Source of the DNA: the human T2T-CHM13v2.0 reference genome, Homo sapiens
DNA length: 64,000 bases
Direction: 5' to 3' (one strand)
NCBI RefSeq assembly: GCF_009914755.1
Contig: NC_060928.1
The position numbers were made by a program, and so were the translations under genes. The first letter of the stretch is position 1. Each line of letters opens with the position of its first letter. Of the stretch, positions 1-13,116 are shown in pieces. Under the pieces are notes generated by a model. It was not told where the DNA came from. It made no database searches and saw only the letters and a list, made by a program, of their open reading frames with translations.

Positions 1-463
1 ATAGCTTTCATATATCCTGGAAATATTTTGAATTAATATAAATTTATATATCAGAAAAATGTTTATCCTCAATAGATTGGTTAAATAATAATTAAATAAT
101 TTTAGCGTTAAATTGAAGTTGTTTAAATAAAAATGTTTTATACTGTTTAAAAATAATGTTTTGTAAAATAATGATTATCCCTAAGGATGTTTATAAAATT
201 AACAACCAAATTTAACAAATTTATTTAAACATGATTTAAGAAAAACATGCTAAATAACCAACAGGCATGAGTGAGTCAGATCTAGATGTAGATGGATCAA
301 GAAATTATAGTTTAATCAGTCTTGTATGTAAACACTGTTGGGATTTCCAAGCCATTGTCATATTTAGAGACACACATCAATTAAAGGTTAGCACATAACA
401 GAATGCAACTTGCTGGAATAGATCATGACATTGATAGAGTCATTTTTTTTTGGTAACACTTAA

Positions 464-768
<305 letters not shown>

Positions 769-1455
769 TTATTGTTTATTTTTAACTTTTTTTTTCCTTA
801 AAATGATTTGTTGAAAGCTACTCAGTGGAACTCTCTGAGAATTATACAACCTGTAAGCCTGAGGGAGGTGGTAAATTCTTCCTCATCCAACTTTGTCAAG
901 CAGAACCTCTAAGGAAGTTGATAAAGAAAATATTGAGCCTTTGCCTTCATGCTTCAGAAATAAGTAAAGGAGAAATCATGCTCACCTAGCATTTAGTTGG
1001 AGAGAAAAATACAGTAGTAATGTTCAACTTTTTCTCAGAACAGAGATGGATGCTTTTCTTCAAGGCAAGAGGCAGCAATGTTAACTTAAAGGGAACTAGG
1101 AAGCATTAGAAGGAAGAAATATATGATATCCACACAAATAATGAAGAACATGTGGTTCTACCCTTCTACATTTCAGCAGGTCTGAATCATTTCTTACAGC
1201 TATTCCTGCCATAGGAGCCATTAGATTCAGAAAGCAGTAAGAAAATAACGGAAAGTAGCAAACTACTGATTCATAAGCCACTTTTCTCAAACCTCAAGAG
1301 TTTTTTTTTTTTTTTTAACATTCACTTGGTAACCTGTTTAAATCCTTGTCTGTCTTCAAAATGTGTGACAACAGAAAGCAAAGGTGGTCTACAAGTCAAC
1401 CTTATTTAACATTCTGTGGGGTCAAATACAAAAGTGTTGATATGATTATTATCAA

Positions 1456-1529
1456 TATATTGGTATAGTATTTCTGTATTGATATACTGATGTAGTATCT
1501 CTGTATTGATATATTGATATCACATCTCT
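1456..1529. repeat. Degenerate 27-bp tandem repeat, about 2.7 copies
   Basis: Units tatattggtatagtatttctgtattga (1456-1482), tatactgatgtagtatctctgtattga (1483-1509) and partial tatattgatatcacatctct. Confidence 0.8.
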
Positions 1530-2083
1530 TTAAAGATGGTAGAGTGAAGCCCTGGTGATAAGGATATGCAGTTTGATCCCAATTCTGAAAAAGTTCATTC
1601 TATCATCTGTCTTATCATTCATTGACCCACTTTATAATAATGGAGCAAAAGATCAACTCTTAAAATTCTCTTGCTTTAATATAAACATTAGAAAATAAGT
1701 GACAACCTGCAAATAAAATACTTTTTAAAAAAAGTAACAGAGATCAGTTTATTACTGATTAAATTATTCTTTATTAAAATGTGACTATAATTTTAAGTCT
1801 AAATCAAATTAGTTTATTAAACTTATATATGTTAATATCTACATAACCATAACAGACATAATAATTTAAAAATATAAGCTACTAACCACAATGCCTAAGA
1901 GCCCTGTAGCTTTGTAAGGAAGATTAAAAACAAGGACACAACTACAAAACAATCACTAGGTCACATATCTTGGCCTGGATTTTCTCATTTAGCTATCAGG
2001 ATAGCGTGACGACTATATAGTCACTCTTCTAGCTCTATAAGCAACTTTAGAAATTAAGGAGACAAAACTCTGTATAAAGTGTA

Positions 2084-2786
2084 CAGTAGTCCTCTCTAAT
2101 CCACAGTTTCACTTTCTGGGTTTTCAGTTTCCTGAGGTCAACCACAGTTCAAAACTATTAAATGGAAAGTTCCAAAAATAAACAATTCATAAACTTTAAA
2201 TTGAGCCATGTTCCGAGTAGTATGAGGAAATCTCACTCAGTCCCGCTCAAGACATGAATTCTCCCTTTGTCCAGCATCTCCACTCTACCTGCTCAGTAGC
2301 CACTCAGTAGCCCTCTTGGTTATCAGATCCACTGTCCCAGAATCACAACACTTGTATTAAAGGAACCCATATTTTACTAAATAACGTCCCCAAAGCACAA
2401 GAGTAGTGATACTGGCAATTGAGATATGACAAAGAGAAACTATAAAGTGCTTCATTTCAGTGAAAAGGTAAAAATTCTCAACTTAATAAGCCAAAAAGGA
2501 AAAATGTATACTGAGCTTGCTAAAATTTACCCTAAGAACAAATCTATCCATGAAATTGTGAAGAAGAAAAAAATTGTGCTAGATCTCCTGTTGCACCTCA
2601 AACTGCAAAAGTTATGGCCACAGAGCATGTTACATGCTCAGTTAAAAAGGCTTCAAATTTGTGGGTGAAAGACATGAACAGAAATGTATTCTGATATAAG
2701 GCAGGCAGGTTCATTCTACCATCCCAAGTAGTGTCACTCACTAGGGATTTGGGAACATATTTCAAGTAGAGAAAGACAGACTATTC
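2084..2786 (+). mobile_element. TcMar-Tigger DNA transposon relic (MER44/Tigger7-like)
   Basis: Begins ta|cagtagtcc...atccacagtttcactttc...gtcaaccacagttcaaaactattaaatggaaagttccaaaaataaacaattcat (MER44 5' end); degenerate right terminus gactattc|ta; TA flanks. Confidence 0.85.
2426..2668 (+). pseudogene. Decayed N-terminal HTH (CENP-B/psq-like) fragment of Tigger transposase
   Basis: MTKRNYKVLHFSEKVKILNLI...YTELAKIYPKNKSIHEIVKK resembles the Tigger transposase N-terminus; lies inside the MER44-like element and drifts out of frame. Confidence 0.7.
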
Positions 2787-2877
2787 TACCATTTTTTATT
2801 TCTGTTGCCCATTTTCCCGATCAGATGCTTTACCATTTTTATTTATTTTATCAATGAGATAATTTTTAATATACTTA

Positions 2878-2964
2878 TTAGAGACAAGGTCTACCTATTG
2901 TCCAGGCTAGAGTGCAGTGGCGCAATCATAGCTCACCTTAAACTCGAACTCCTGGGTTTAAGCA
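2878..2964 (-). mobile_element. 5'-truncated Alu/FRAM fragment
   Basis: gagacaaggtct...tgtccaggctagagtgcagtggcgcaatcatagctcac; flanked by degenerate direct repeats gagataat(a)ttttaa. Confidence 0.75.
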
Positions 2965-3043
2965 GAGATAATATTTTAAGACTAATTTATGTAACACAAA
3001 TTAATTTGGCATAAAGTATGCCCATTTCAGATTTTTTATAAAT

Positions 3044-3200
3044 ACAGACATGCATCATATAATGGTGTCTCTGTCAAATATGCACTGTATATACATCTAT
3101 TTTGCCATAATAGGAGCTACCCTATATAGGTGTGCCATATTTTAGTCTTTTATGCTGTATTTTTACTGTACTTTTTCTGTGTTAGGTCTGTTTAGATACT
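3044..3200 (+). mobile_element. Tigger3/Golem-like DNA transposon fragment
   Basis: tacagacatgcatcatataatggtgtctctgtcaa... and tgtatttttactgtactttttctgtgttagg resemble recalled Tigger3-family sequence. Confidence 0.5.
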
Positions 3201-3204
3201 GAAT

Positions 3205-4074
<870 letters not shown>

Positions 4075-4785
4075 TAGAGCAAAAGATTGCTAATTCCCCA
4101 TAACTATAAAAGGATAATCTCACAATTAAATTGCAGCAACAGAGAGCTTATTATTGCACACTTGTTGCAGCAGTAAACATTTGGAAGCAAATATAGTCTC
4201 CACAATAGAGAGATTGATTATATTTTGCTATGCAGTTATTGGCAAGGTATAAAGAAAATTTTTTAAAGCTGTAAAATATTTTCTATAGGTATCTATTGTT
4301 TAAATGACAATGTGTAGTGTGTGTACATTGTTTTTGTCTGGACATAGTCTGGGGAACAGTTATTATGTGGAGGAAAGACCTGGATGGAGAAGAGCTTTTT
4401 ATGTAAATACCCTTTTAAATTTTCTAAGTTTTGACATGAAAAGGAGCACCTGGACATAATTTGTATTATTTTTCTATTTCTGCATTAAAAATTACCACAG
4501 ATTTAATTATGTCTTTAACAGCTTTTCCACAACATAGAACAACCGAATTACTGTTTGACAGAAGAACTGTATACACTAGGCAGCAAGAATCTTGGTGCCA
4601 CCTTGGATTTTTGCCTAGCACAAAATTTTGATCTCTTTATTTCTCTCTCTCCCTGTCTCTCTTTGACTGATACAATTAAAAATCAGGCAAATATGACTCT
4701 CTATGTCATATTTACTAAAAATATTGTTTACTAAAATTATTGTTTGTATATATGCATGCACATATATAAACACATTGAAGGTCTA

Positions 4786-5144
<359 letters not shown>

Positions 5145-5829
5145 TTAATGGGATGATCCAGAGTGGGAACAGGACATGCTGACTAGGAATAGTATTTGAA
5201 TTCTTTTTGATGTTAAAAAGGTGATGATAAAGGTAGTCAGTACTAATTGTGTATTAAAATTAAAAAGAAAAACCAAGGTAAAGAAGGACATGATTCTAAA
5301 TATCTCAACCGCTCGATGGTTTATTTTAAAGAACTGGGTAAAGTATTTCAGTTTGTTTTACTTTGGAAAATCATTATGAAATTTTAAAAGAAGAAAAGTA
5401 CTTCAGTTATTAATAACACACATTTCATTTTTATGTCTATATAAAAAGCGAGATAAAATGAAGCTATGAAGTAAGTTTGTGCTGAAGTACCAGTTAATGG
5501 AATAGACCACTTAAGTTTTACATAAAGCTATTGATGGGGTTTATCCTTGCCCTGATGCTGCTACTCATATTTGACAGACTGCCCTGAATAGGAACATGCT
5601 TTCATTTTGATTTTTTTGTCAATTAGTTCCCCTAAGAAAAAATGTGGTAACACTGCTATTCCCATTCCAGAGAAGAAAATTTTAACAACAAAAAATTAGG
5701 TTGCTCAGGAGCACATAGACGGTAAGGGGCAGAGCAAACACAGCCTGCAGAGCCTGTGCTTTTCACAGCTATGCTAGCCTTCCTCTCCTGCCCATGAAAA
5801 AACAGGGATGAGTTTGTGCTTCAGAAAGA

Positions 5830-6130
5830 GCCACATGCTCTGTGGAATACTATACAGCAATGAAAACAAAGTCAATGGAACTACATGCCTGGACATGGAC
5901 TCATCTTACAAACACGATACTGAATGAAAGGAGCTAGGTACGGGGTGTACATGACATAAAAGCGAGAGCATTTGCTCTGAGTATGTAACAGGAAGGGGAC
6001 ACGATGGGGACTCTTGAGGGCTTGATTTGAGCTAGTTACACATGTGTGTACATTTGATTAACAGTCAAACAACATTTGTGAATTTTTCTGTGTTTATGGT
6101 ATACATGAATTAAAAATATATTTAACAAAA
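5830..6130 (+). mobile_element. Old L1 (L1M-type) 3' UTR fragment
   Basis: tggaatactatacagcaatgaaaa...ctacatgc...acatggactcatcttacaaacacgatactgaatgaaaggagc; A-rich end. Confidence 0.65.
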
Positions 6131-6561
6131 AGGGAAGAGTATCTTTTCCTCCAGCTGATCATGAAAAGCATGTTTTTTCTTTTGTTTTGTTTTTCTTTAC
6201 TGGCTTTTAGAAAATTGAAGCTACCATTAATAGTCTCTCATAATAAATACAGGTATCATCATCTTTTGTATATCTATTTCTTATTCAGTTCCACTCCATT
6301 TAATTCTATTTATTGTCTTCCTTTTGTCTGTTTATATGAATGGAAATTGAAAAACCAAAATGTACTGAAAGGATCAGTAGTCAGATACCATATATAAATA
6401 TTGCCTATTAATAAGTACTTAGACAACCTTGATGAATAATGTTTTTCTTCTTTTTCAGTTTTCTTTGACAGAGATCCATGTATTCTGGAATAAGTAGACA
6501 ATCTGAAAAAAACATAATTAGATTTCATATTTTCTTTATTTGACATCTCACGAATCAATCT

Positions 6562-6651
6562 TCACATTGAATACTGAGAGACATGAAATAATTGGACCTT
6601 GCTTCTATGAATAGAACTTTGGATAAAGGATCCCTGTTCTAGGCATTTCTT
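6562..6651 (+). repeat. 90-bp dispersed direct repeat, copy A (copy B at 7734-7823)
   Basis: 85/90 identity by manual alignment, no gaps. Confidence 0.95.
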
Positions 6652-7733
6652 TTATATCTTATCCTTGAAATTCTCAAAACACTTTATCTGATCTCTTATA
6701 GTATTGTTGACATTTTTTTAAATCTGTTTGCCACCAGGCAATGAGTTAAAAGACTGGGTTATGTCTGAAAGATTATAGTGTCTGCCAATTACTTGATTTT
6801 CAATATATGCCTGTTGTCTACACTGATATTCCTGCTCTCAAATGTAAAGCATCTTTGCATTACTGAGACCACTCTGCAAAACTCTGGGATCTTTAAGAAT
6901 TCTGTTATGGCATCCTGTCATAGTAATATTTTATAGTGGCATCAGGCACTTTACAAATGAGTGAGTGGATGGATGGATGACTTTTCTGGTAAGACCATGT
7001 TATTTACAGTTATATGACTTTAAACCACCTTTTTTTTCCTTCTATTTCTTTGAATATCATGGTCTATTATCAGTAGTGTTTGTAATAACACTAAGTGTCT
7101 CCTGGAAATATTTCAAAACACTCACTGTAACTTAATAGTATATTTCAAAATAATGAAAGATAACACTAAATAATGATTCAAGTCTCAAAATTTATCATTT
7201 TTCCCAACAAGAAAGAGGAGTTAAATGACCTGCTACATAGTTTATTCCATTCTCCCATTAGCTAGGTAGCCAGAAAATCGTATGCAATCTAGTGCTCAGT
7301 CTGACAAGAAAATGTAGATTATCAATTGCTTCTAAAACAGAGCATTTGGGCTTCAACTAGATTAAGAAATGTTACTATTTGTCAAAAATTACAGAGAAAC
7401 CATTATTTTATATTACAAACCTCAATGTTTTGAAAACCAATAGTGGACATTATCTTTTGACATTTATAGAAGATATGTAACTCTTTATAAATCTTTTTAA
7501 ACACTCTAGTGCAGATAGAAGCTACAGCACAGAATGCTTGGCTATACTTGAAGTAAATACTCTAGGTTATTTATGCCATCCTTACTGTTTGAAAAAAAAG
7601 TTTCTGTTGTGGCAGGGGGAGTGTGGACAGAATTGAATACTCCAGGAAATGGAAGATTTAAAAATTTAATTCTGATTTTTGTTCATTCCATTTACAGGGA
7701 TGGGGGTAAGGGGACAAAAATTGGTATGTATTC

Positions 7734-7823
7734 TCACATTGAATACTGAGAAACATGAAATAATTGGACCCTGCTTCTATGAACAGAACCTTGGATAAAG
7801 AATCCCTGTTCTAGGCATTTCTT
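7734..7823 (+). repeat. 90-bp dispersed direct repeat, copy B
   Basis: tcacattgaatactgag...ctaggcatttctt matches 6562-6651 with 5 transitions. Confidence 0.95.
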
Positions 7824-9050
7824 CTTATTTTAGAGTTTTGTAGGGAAACTTGAATTTATATATTATTGAACAGTTTCTGTCACTGCAGATAGACACTTCT
7901 CTAAATTATTATTTCACAGTAGATAAATACACAAACAACTTAACATTAGCTTTTGATCACTTGCTAAAATTAGCATTAGTCAATAATCTTTGTAAAACAT
8001 GTAACTATTAACTCTTTGTTTTTTCTTGTCTGAAACTGTCATAAAAATTGTACCTATCTGATGTCGTTATTATGATGTTCGGTGAGTTAATACAATGTTT
8101 GTAAAAATGCCAAACATGCTGCTCATAAATATTAAAACCTCATGAATAATACCTATTATTATGACTAGCTCAGGAACCACTGTTCTATTTCAGTAAAATA
8201 TATTTTTTAGAGCATTCAAATTACAGATAGGGTAAGTGAATGGCGATTGGATTAGCAATAATGGCTCACAATCAGAAATCAAAAACCAAAAGTCAAAAAG
8301 GTGAATCTGGTTTCATGTTTTGATAGATCTATTTGATTGAAAAAACAAACACTTTTCTTCACTCTCAGTCCTTAGAACCCACCTGGCCCTCCACTGGCAC
8401 TGCTCTCTGAGGAAAAATGGAGCGGAGTGGGGGTCAAGGGTTGACACTTTCTCCAGCTTGGCCTCTGTCACAGTGAGTGACAAAAGCCTGGCCTGTCCCT
8501 TTCATGGTAGGTGTTTTCTTAATAAACCACCCCAACTCCTGGCAGCTCAGCTCTTTCCTGCTCAGCTGAACTCCTGACAAATATAATGCTCCAGTAAATG
8601 GTGTTAGATGACTCAAGAAGTGACACTATGATAATGGATGCTGATATTAAAGTACATGTAAAAAGCTTGGACAAGATGTTTCATTAAAGAAAATTAGAGA
8701 AAAGCAATATTTTTAAATATGTGGGTTTAACTATGTATGTATTTATATAAATATGTTTGTGTCTCTGAAAATTTATTCAAGGTTTTTAGATCTTTTCAGT
8801 TGTAAAACCAATGGATTATATATTTGAAGATGATTTGATTTACATTGTAATTTGCTCTTCTGTGTACAGAAGTTGTTAAGTAATAAAAGGGTCACAAGGA
8901 AAACAATGAAGAAATATTTTTTATTTTATCTTAAAAAAAAGATAAGCAAGGACCTCAATTCTCATAATCTCTCTGAACAATAATTGATCACTTTCATTAT
9001 GAAAGGTATCACCGGGCAGGAAGGTGATAAAGAGAACATGGGTTCCAAAT

Positions 9051-9550
9051 TTTCTTTCTTTCTTTTTTTTTTTTTTAATTATTATACTTTAAGTTTTAGG
9101 GTACATGTGCACAATGTGCAGGTTAGTTACATATGTATACATGTGACATGCTGGTGCGCTGCACCCACTAACTCGTCATCTAGCATTAGGTATATCTCCC
9201 AGTGCTATCCCTTCCCCCTCCCCCCACCCCAAAACAGTCCCCAGAATGTGATGTTCCCCTTCCTGTGTCCATGTGTTCTCACTGTTCAATCCAACCTATG
9301 AGTGAGAATATGCGGTGTTTGGTTTTTTGTCCTTGCGATAGTTTACTGAGAATGATGATTTCCAATTTCATTCATGTCCCTACAAAGGACATGAACTCAT
9401 CATTTTTTATGGCTGCATAATATTCCATGGTGTATATGTGCACATTTTCTTAATCCAGTCTATCATTGTTGGACATTTGGGTTGGTTCCAAGTCTTTGTT
9501 ATTGTGAATAATGCCGCAATAAACATACGTGTGCATGTGTCTTTATAGCA
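9051..9550 (-). mobile_element. Young 5'-truncated L1 3' end (L1PA2-like)
   Basis: Poly(T), then ttattatactttaagttttagggtacatgtgcacaatgtgcagg; sense-strand diagnostics GCTAGATGACGAGTTAGTGGGTGCAGCGCACC and GCGGCATTATTC; no TSD found. Confidence 0.93.
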
Positions 9551-9994
9551 AAAGCCCACTTTCTAGAGGGGAAGGAACTAAAACTCAGACGTCTATGTAA
9601 AACAATGCAACATAAAAATAAATAAGTGTTGTGGCAAAACAGATACAAGGAAATTTAGACTGTGACTATTCATGTTAGAAATTGCTTTTCAAAGGAACTA
9701 GCATTAGATTGGGGTCATGAAAGGTGCGTGGAAATTAGCCAGTAGTCAAGTAGGAAAATATGCAAAGAAACTTCTGGTCAAAGGCAGAATACAAGTTTTT
9801 AGAAATTCAGTGAACACACACACACATATATAAATATTATCTTTCTTTCTGTCGACTTTCTTTTCTTTACTTTTTTAAAATTTCTATCACCCATTCCTTT
9901 ATGAAATGTCTAAACTTTACCAATTCGCTGGGCTGGGTTTTAGAAACACGACATTAGATAATACAAATTAAATATCTTTTAAGAGTTATACATT

Positions 9995-10140
9995 GTAATA
10001 TAAATATAGTTATATATGTTTATGCATATATGTGCTCACACACACCTATATATGTGTGCACATACACCTATATATGTGTGAATATATATGTGTTTTATAC
10101 ACACATATAAACATACAAAGAAACCACATATATATATAAA
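9995..10140. repeat. (TA)/(CA)/(TG) low-complexity tract
   Basis: Interleaved tatatatg/cacacac dinucleotide runs. Confidence 0.8.
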
Positions 10141-10239
10141 TGGCCTTTAAGAAGGTAACAATTAAGCAGAAACTTAAGAGAAAAAATGAACCTATATCTG
10201 AGAGATGATTGTTCCAGATATAGGAACACAAGGGCAATG

Positions 10240-10750
10240 GTTTTGACGCAGAAACATCTTTGCTGTATTTAACTGATAAAAGTTAGTATTGTTGGAGTAC
10301 CATGGAATAGAGGAAGTGATATCAGAGAAGACAACACAGCAAGGCAAAACAAGGCCTTGGATGTAAGACCAAGCACATTGGAAAGGCATCGAATTTTGTG
10401 TTGGGCAAGGATGACTTGGACTCTGTGGAAAATGTATTCTGAATGAGAAAGAGTGGAAGTATGGATACCACCTAGGAGGTTATCATAGTAGTTTACATGA
10501 CAGGTCAGAATGATGAGGTTTTGGAATAAAATGGTGGCAATGGAGGTGGCAAAGTGTTTCAATTTAGAATATTTATTGAAATCAAGCCCACAGTGCATTA
10601 AGAAAGACTGATTTTTCAGGTGTGAAGGAAAGAGAGGAATTGAACTTGATCCCACCTTTCTGATGTGAACAACTGGAATATACATATTTCATTTCTCTAA
10701 TAGAGAATGCCTGGGGAGGAGCAGAATCTAAGACATTCTGAGAGAATGGA
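10240..10750 (+). mobile_element. L2 LINE fragment
   Basis: Purine-rich L2-like text: aggttatcatagtagtttacatgacagg...ggtggcaatggaggtgg...agaatatttattgaaatcaagcccacag. Confidence 0.55.
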
Positions 10751-11469
10751 AGTCTGAATTACAGAGAGAGAGTAACAAGAAAAGAATTTATAATTAGGAC
10801 TATTGTATAAGTAATCTATCACAACATCCTGAGAAGATTTGGTGACATGAAGGATTTTTAATTACTGAACTGCTATAATCAGAATAATGTTTTAGAATGC
10901 TATCTAAAATATTGTCATAAATATTAGGTTGACAGAAAGAAATAAGATGGGAAGAAAGAGAATAAGAAGCAAAATAATGTTATGATTTGTCCTATGGTAG
11001 AGGCAGGCAATGGTGTGGAGAACAGATATTTGTTTATTTAATTTTACTTAGAAATTGCTATGTGCAATCCCTGTGCTGTGCAGTACAAGGATGAATGAGT
11101 TGACTACAATATGATTCTTCCACTCAAAAAAAAAACCCCAGGATTTTAGAATGTATTTGGAATCTTAAATAAATGATTATTATGTTTATGGTTTCTTAGT
11201 CTAGTGTTTTAATAACAGATATGGTGGTTTTCATACATTGAAATTCCCTTTCAAAGCAAAATTTACCTATTATTCTGCACAACGGACAAGTAATAGTTAA
11301 TAATAATATATATGCTTGCATATATGTGCACATATAACGATACTTCAGTAGGAAAAATCCCTCATTCAAAATTAATACACTGGAAATGTATTCCACTGGA
11401 TGTATCCACTGGAAATGAATTCCAGGCATCTCAAATCACTAAAGTATATCTAAATGAAGAATTGAAATA

Positions 11470-11630
11470 GGCCAGGCATGGTGGTGCACACTTTGGTCCC
11501 AGCTACTTGGGAGGCTGAGATGGGAGGATTGCTTTAGCACAGGAGGTCAAGGCTGAGGTGAGCCATAATTTGGCCACTGTTCTCTAGCTTGGACAACAGA
11601 GCAAGGCCCACTCTCAGGAATAAAATAAAA
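11470..11630 (+). mobile_element. Alu monomer (FRAM-like) with 14-bp TSD
   Basis: Single right-arm-type monomer; perfect TSD gaagaattgaaata at 11456-11469 and 11631-11644. Confidence 0.9.
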
Positions 11631-12827
11631 GAAGAATTGAAATAAAGACAATGATCCAGAAATCTTGAGTTTCTTTTCAATGTCCAGAAATGTATAGAAA
11701 GTGAGAGTTAAATATATGAGCAGACAACACCGTCTGACAGCTTGGATGAGAAGGTAACACAAAAGGTTGTGTGAGAATCTTTGACTGATAAAAAAACAGT
11801 ATCTAATATTCACTCTGGTTTTCTTAACACGCTAATCTTATTTTTTTCATAGCAGGTGCCTAATGAATATTAGGTAAATAAATATGGTAGATCAAAACTA
11901 ATTTCCTTTTTAAAATGAGTTTTCTACAATTTATACAAGTTTTTATAGATGATAGCTCAAAAATATTTGATTTACCTTTAATGCACACAATAGCTTAAAA
12001 TGAGATTTAGCTGATTTCTTATAAACAAAGTTACATGAATTTCAAGGTGGGATGGCATCAAATGTAGAAAAATTGTGAACTTGGACAACAGTATAAATAA
12101 ATAGTTGATTCATTAGGCTTCTTTGCCAATCATTATGCCAACTATTTTACATAGATTCCTTTAGTTAACCTCATATCTACTGTAGGAAATAAACACAATT
12201 TTTATTCCCATTTTGCAGAAAAAGATGATGGAAGTCTGAGTAACTATGAGATAGGATAGAAATGTTTAACAAAGCCTTTAGTTCTGCCACTCACTCTCCA
12301 GATAAAGGCACAATAGGGTTTTCAATAATTCTAAGGAGAGATTTTCTCCTGAGGCATCTGTGAATCTGGGCCATAGAATGTGCAGAATCCCTGGCACAAA
12401 TAAGTAAGAAATCAATTATTTCACATTATACTTTAAAGAATAAAACTCCCACAAAAGTGCTAGAAAAGGAGGGAGAAAAAAAAAAAAAAACAATCTTGTC
12501 ATTTCCTATGTTCTCAACTTTCTTAAGTTCATTGCCCTTTAGAAATACCATGCTATTTCATTCATTGAAAGTACAATATGCGTTTGATAAAGTATTTAGA
12601 TAAGGACTTTTTCTCAACATTCAACCTCCTATCTTCCATTGGATTAAAATTAAAACTGTGCTTGTTTTCTTTAAGCTAACTAGAGAGTCAAAATTTGAAT
12701 GGAAAATGTGTGTAAACGATTACAAGTTGTAATTAAAGTCTCAGAAATGCCAATATTGGCTGATTGTTTCTTTAAAAAAAATTTATATAACTCTCTTTCT
12801 TTTAAAGGATTTATTTTTGTTAAGAAT

Positions 12828-13116
12828 TTCTTTCTTTTTTTTTTGAGACAGAGTCTCTCTGTCACCCAGACTGGAGCACAACCTTCAGCTCATAGCAACC
12901 TTTGCCTCCTGGGTTCAAGCAACTCTCGTGCCTCAGCCTCCCAAGTAGCTGAGATTACAGGTGTACACCACCAAGGCTGGCTAATTTTGGTATTTTTAAT
13001 AGAGATAGGGTTTCACCATGTTGGCCAGGTTGGTCTTGAACTCTTGGCCTCAAGTGATCCACGTGCCTCAGCCTCCTAAAGTGCTGTGATTACAGGCATG
13101 AGCCACCATGCTGGCC
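12828..13116 (-). mobile_element. Alu SINE (AluS/J)
   Basis: Antisense dimer; TSD tttgttaagaatttc / tttgttaataatttc. Confidence 0.93.

Noticed and set aside
1096-1290. 64-aa minus-strand ORF
   Set aside because: No similarity that I recognise and no convincing splice signals.
12699-13079. Alu-overlapping ORFs (also 4783, 24897, 27023, 47844, 52892, 53351)
   Set aside because: Typical Alu-derived translations ([13 protein letters not shown]), not genes.
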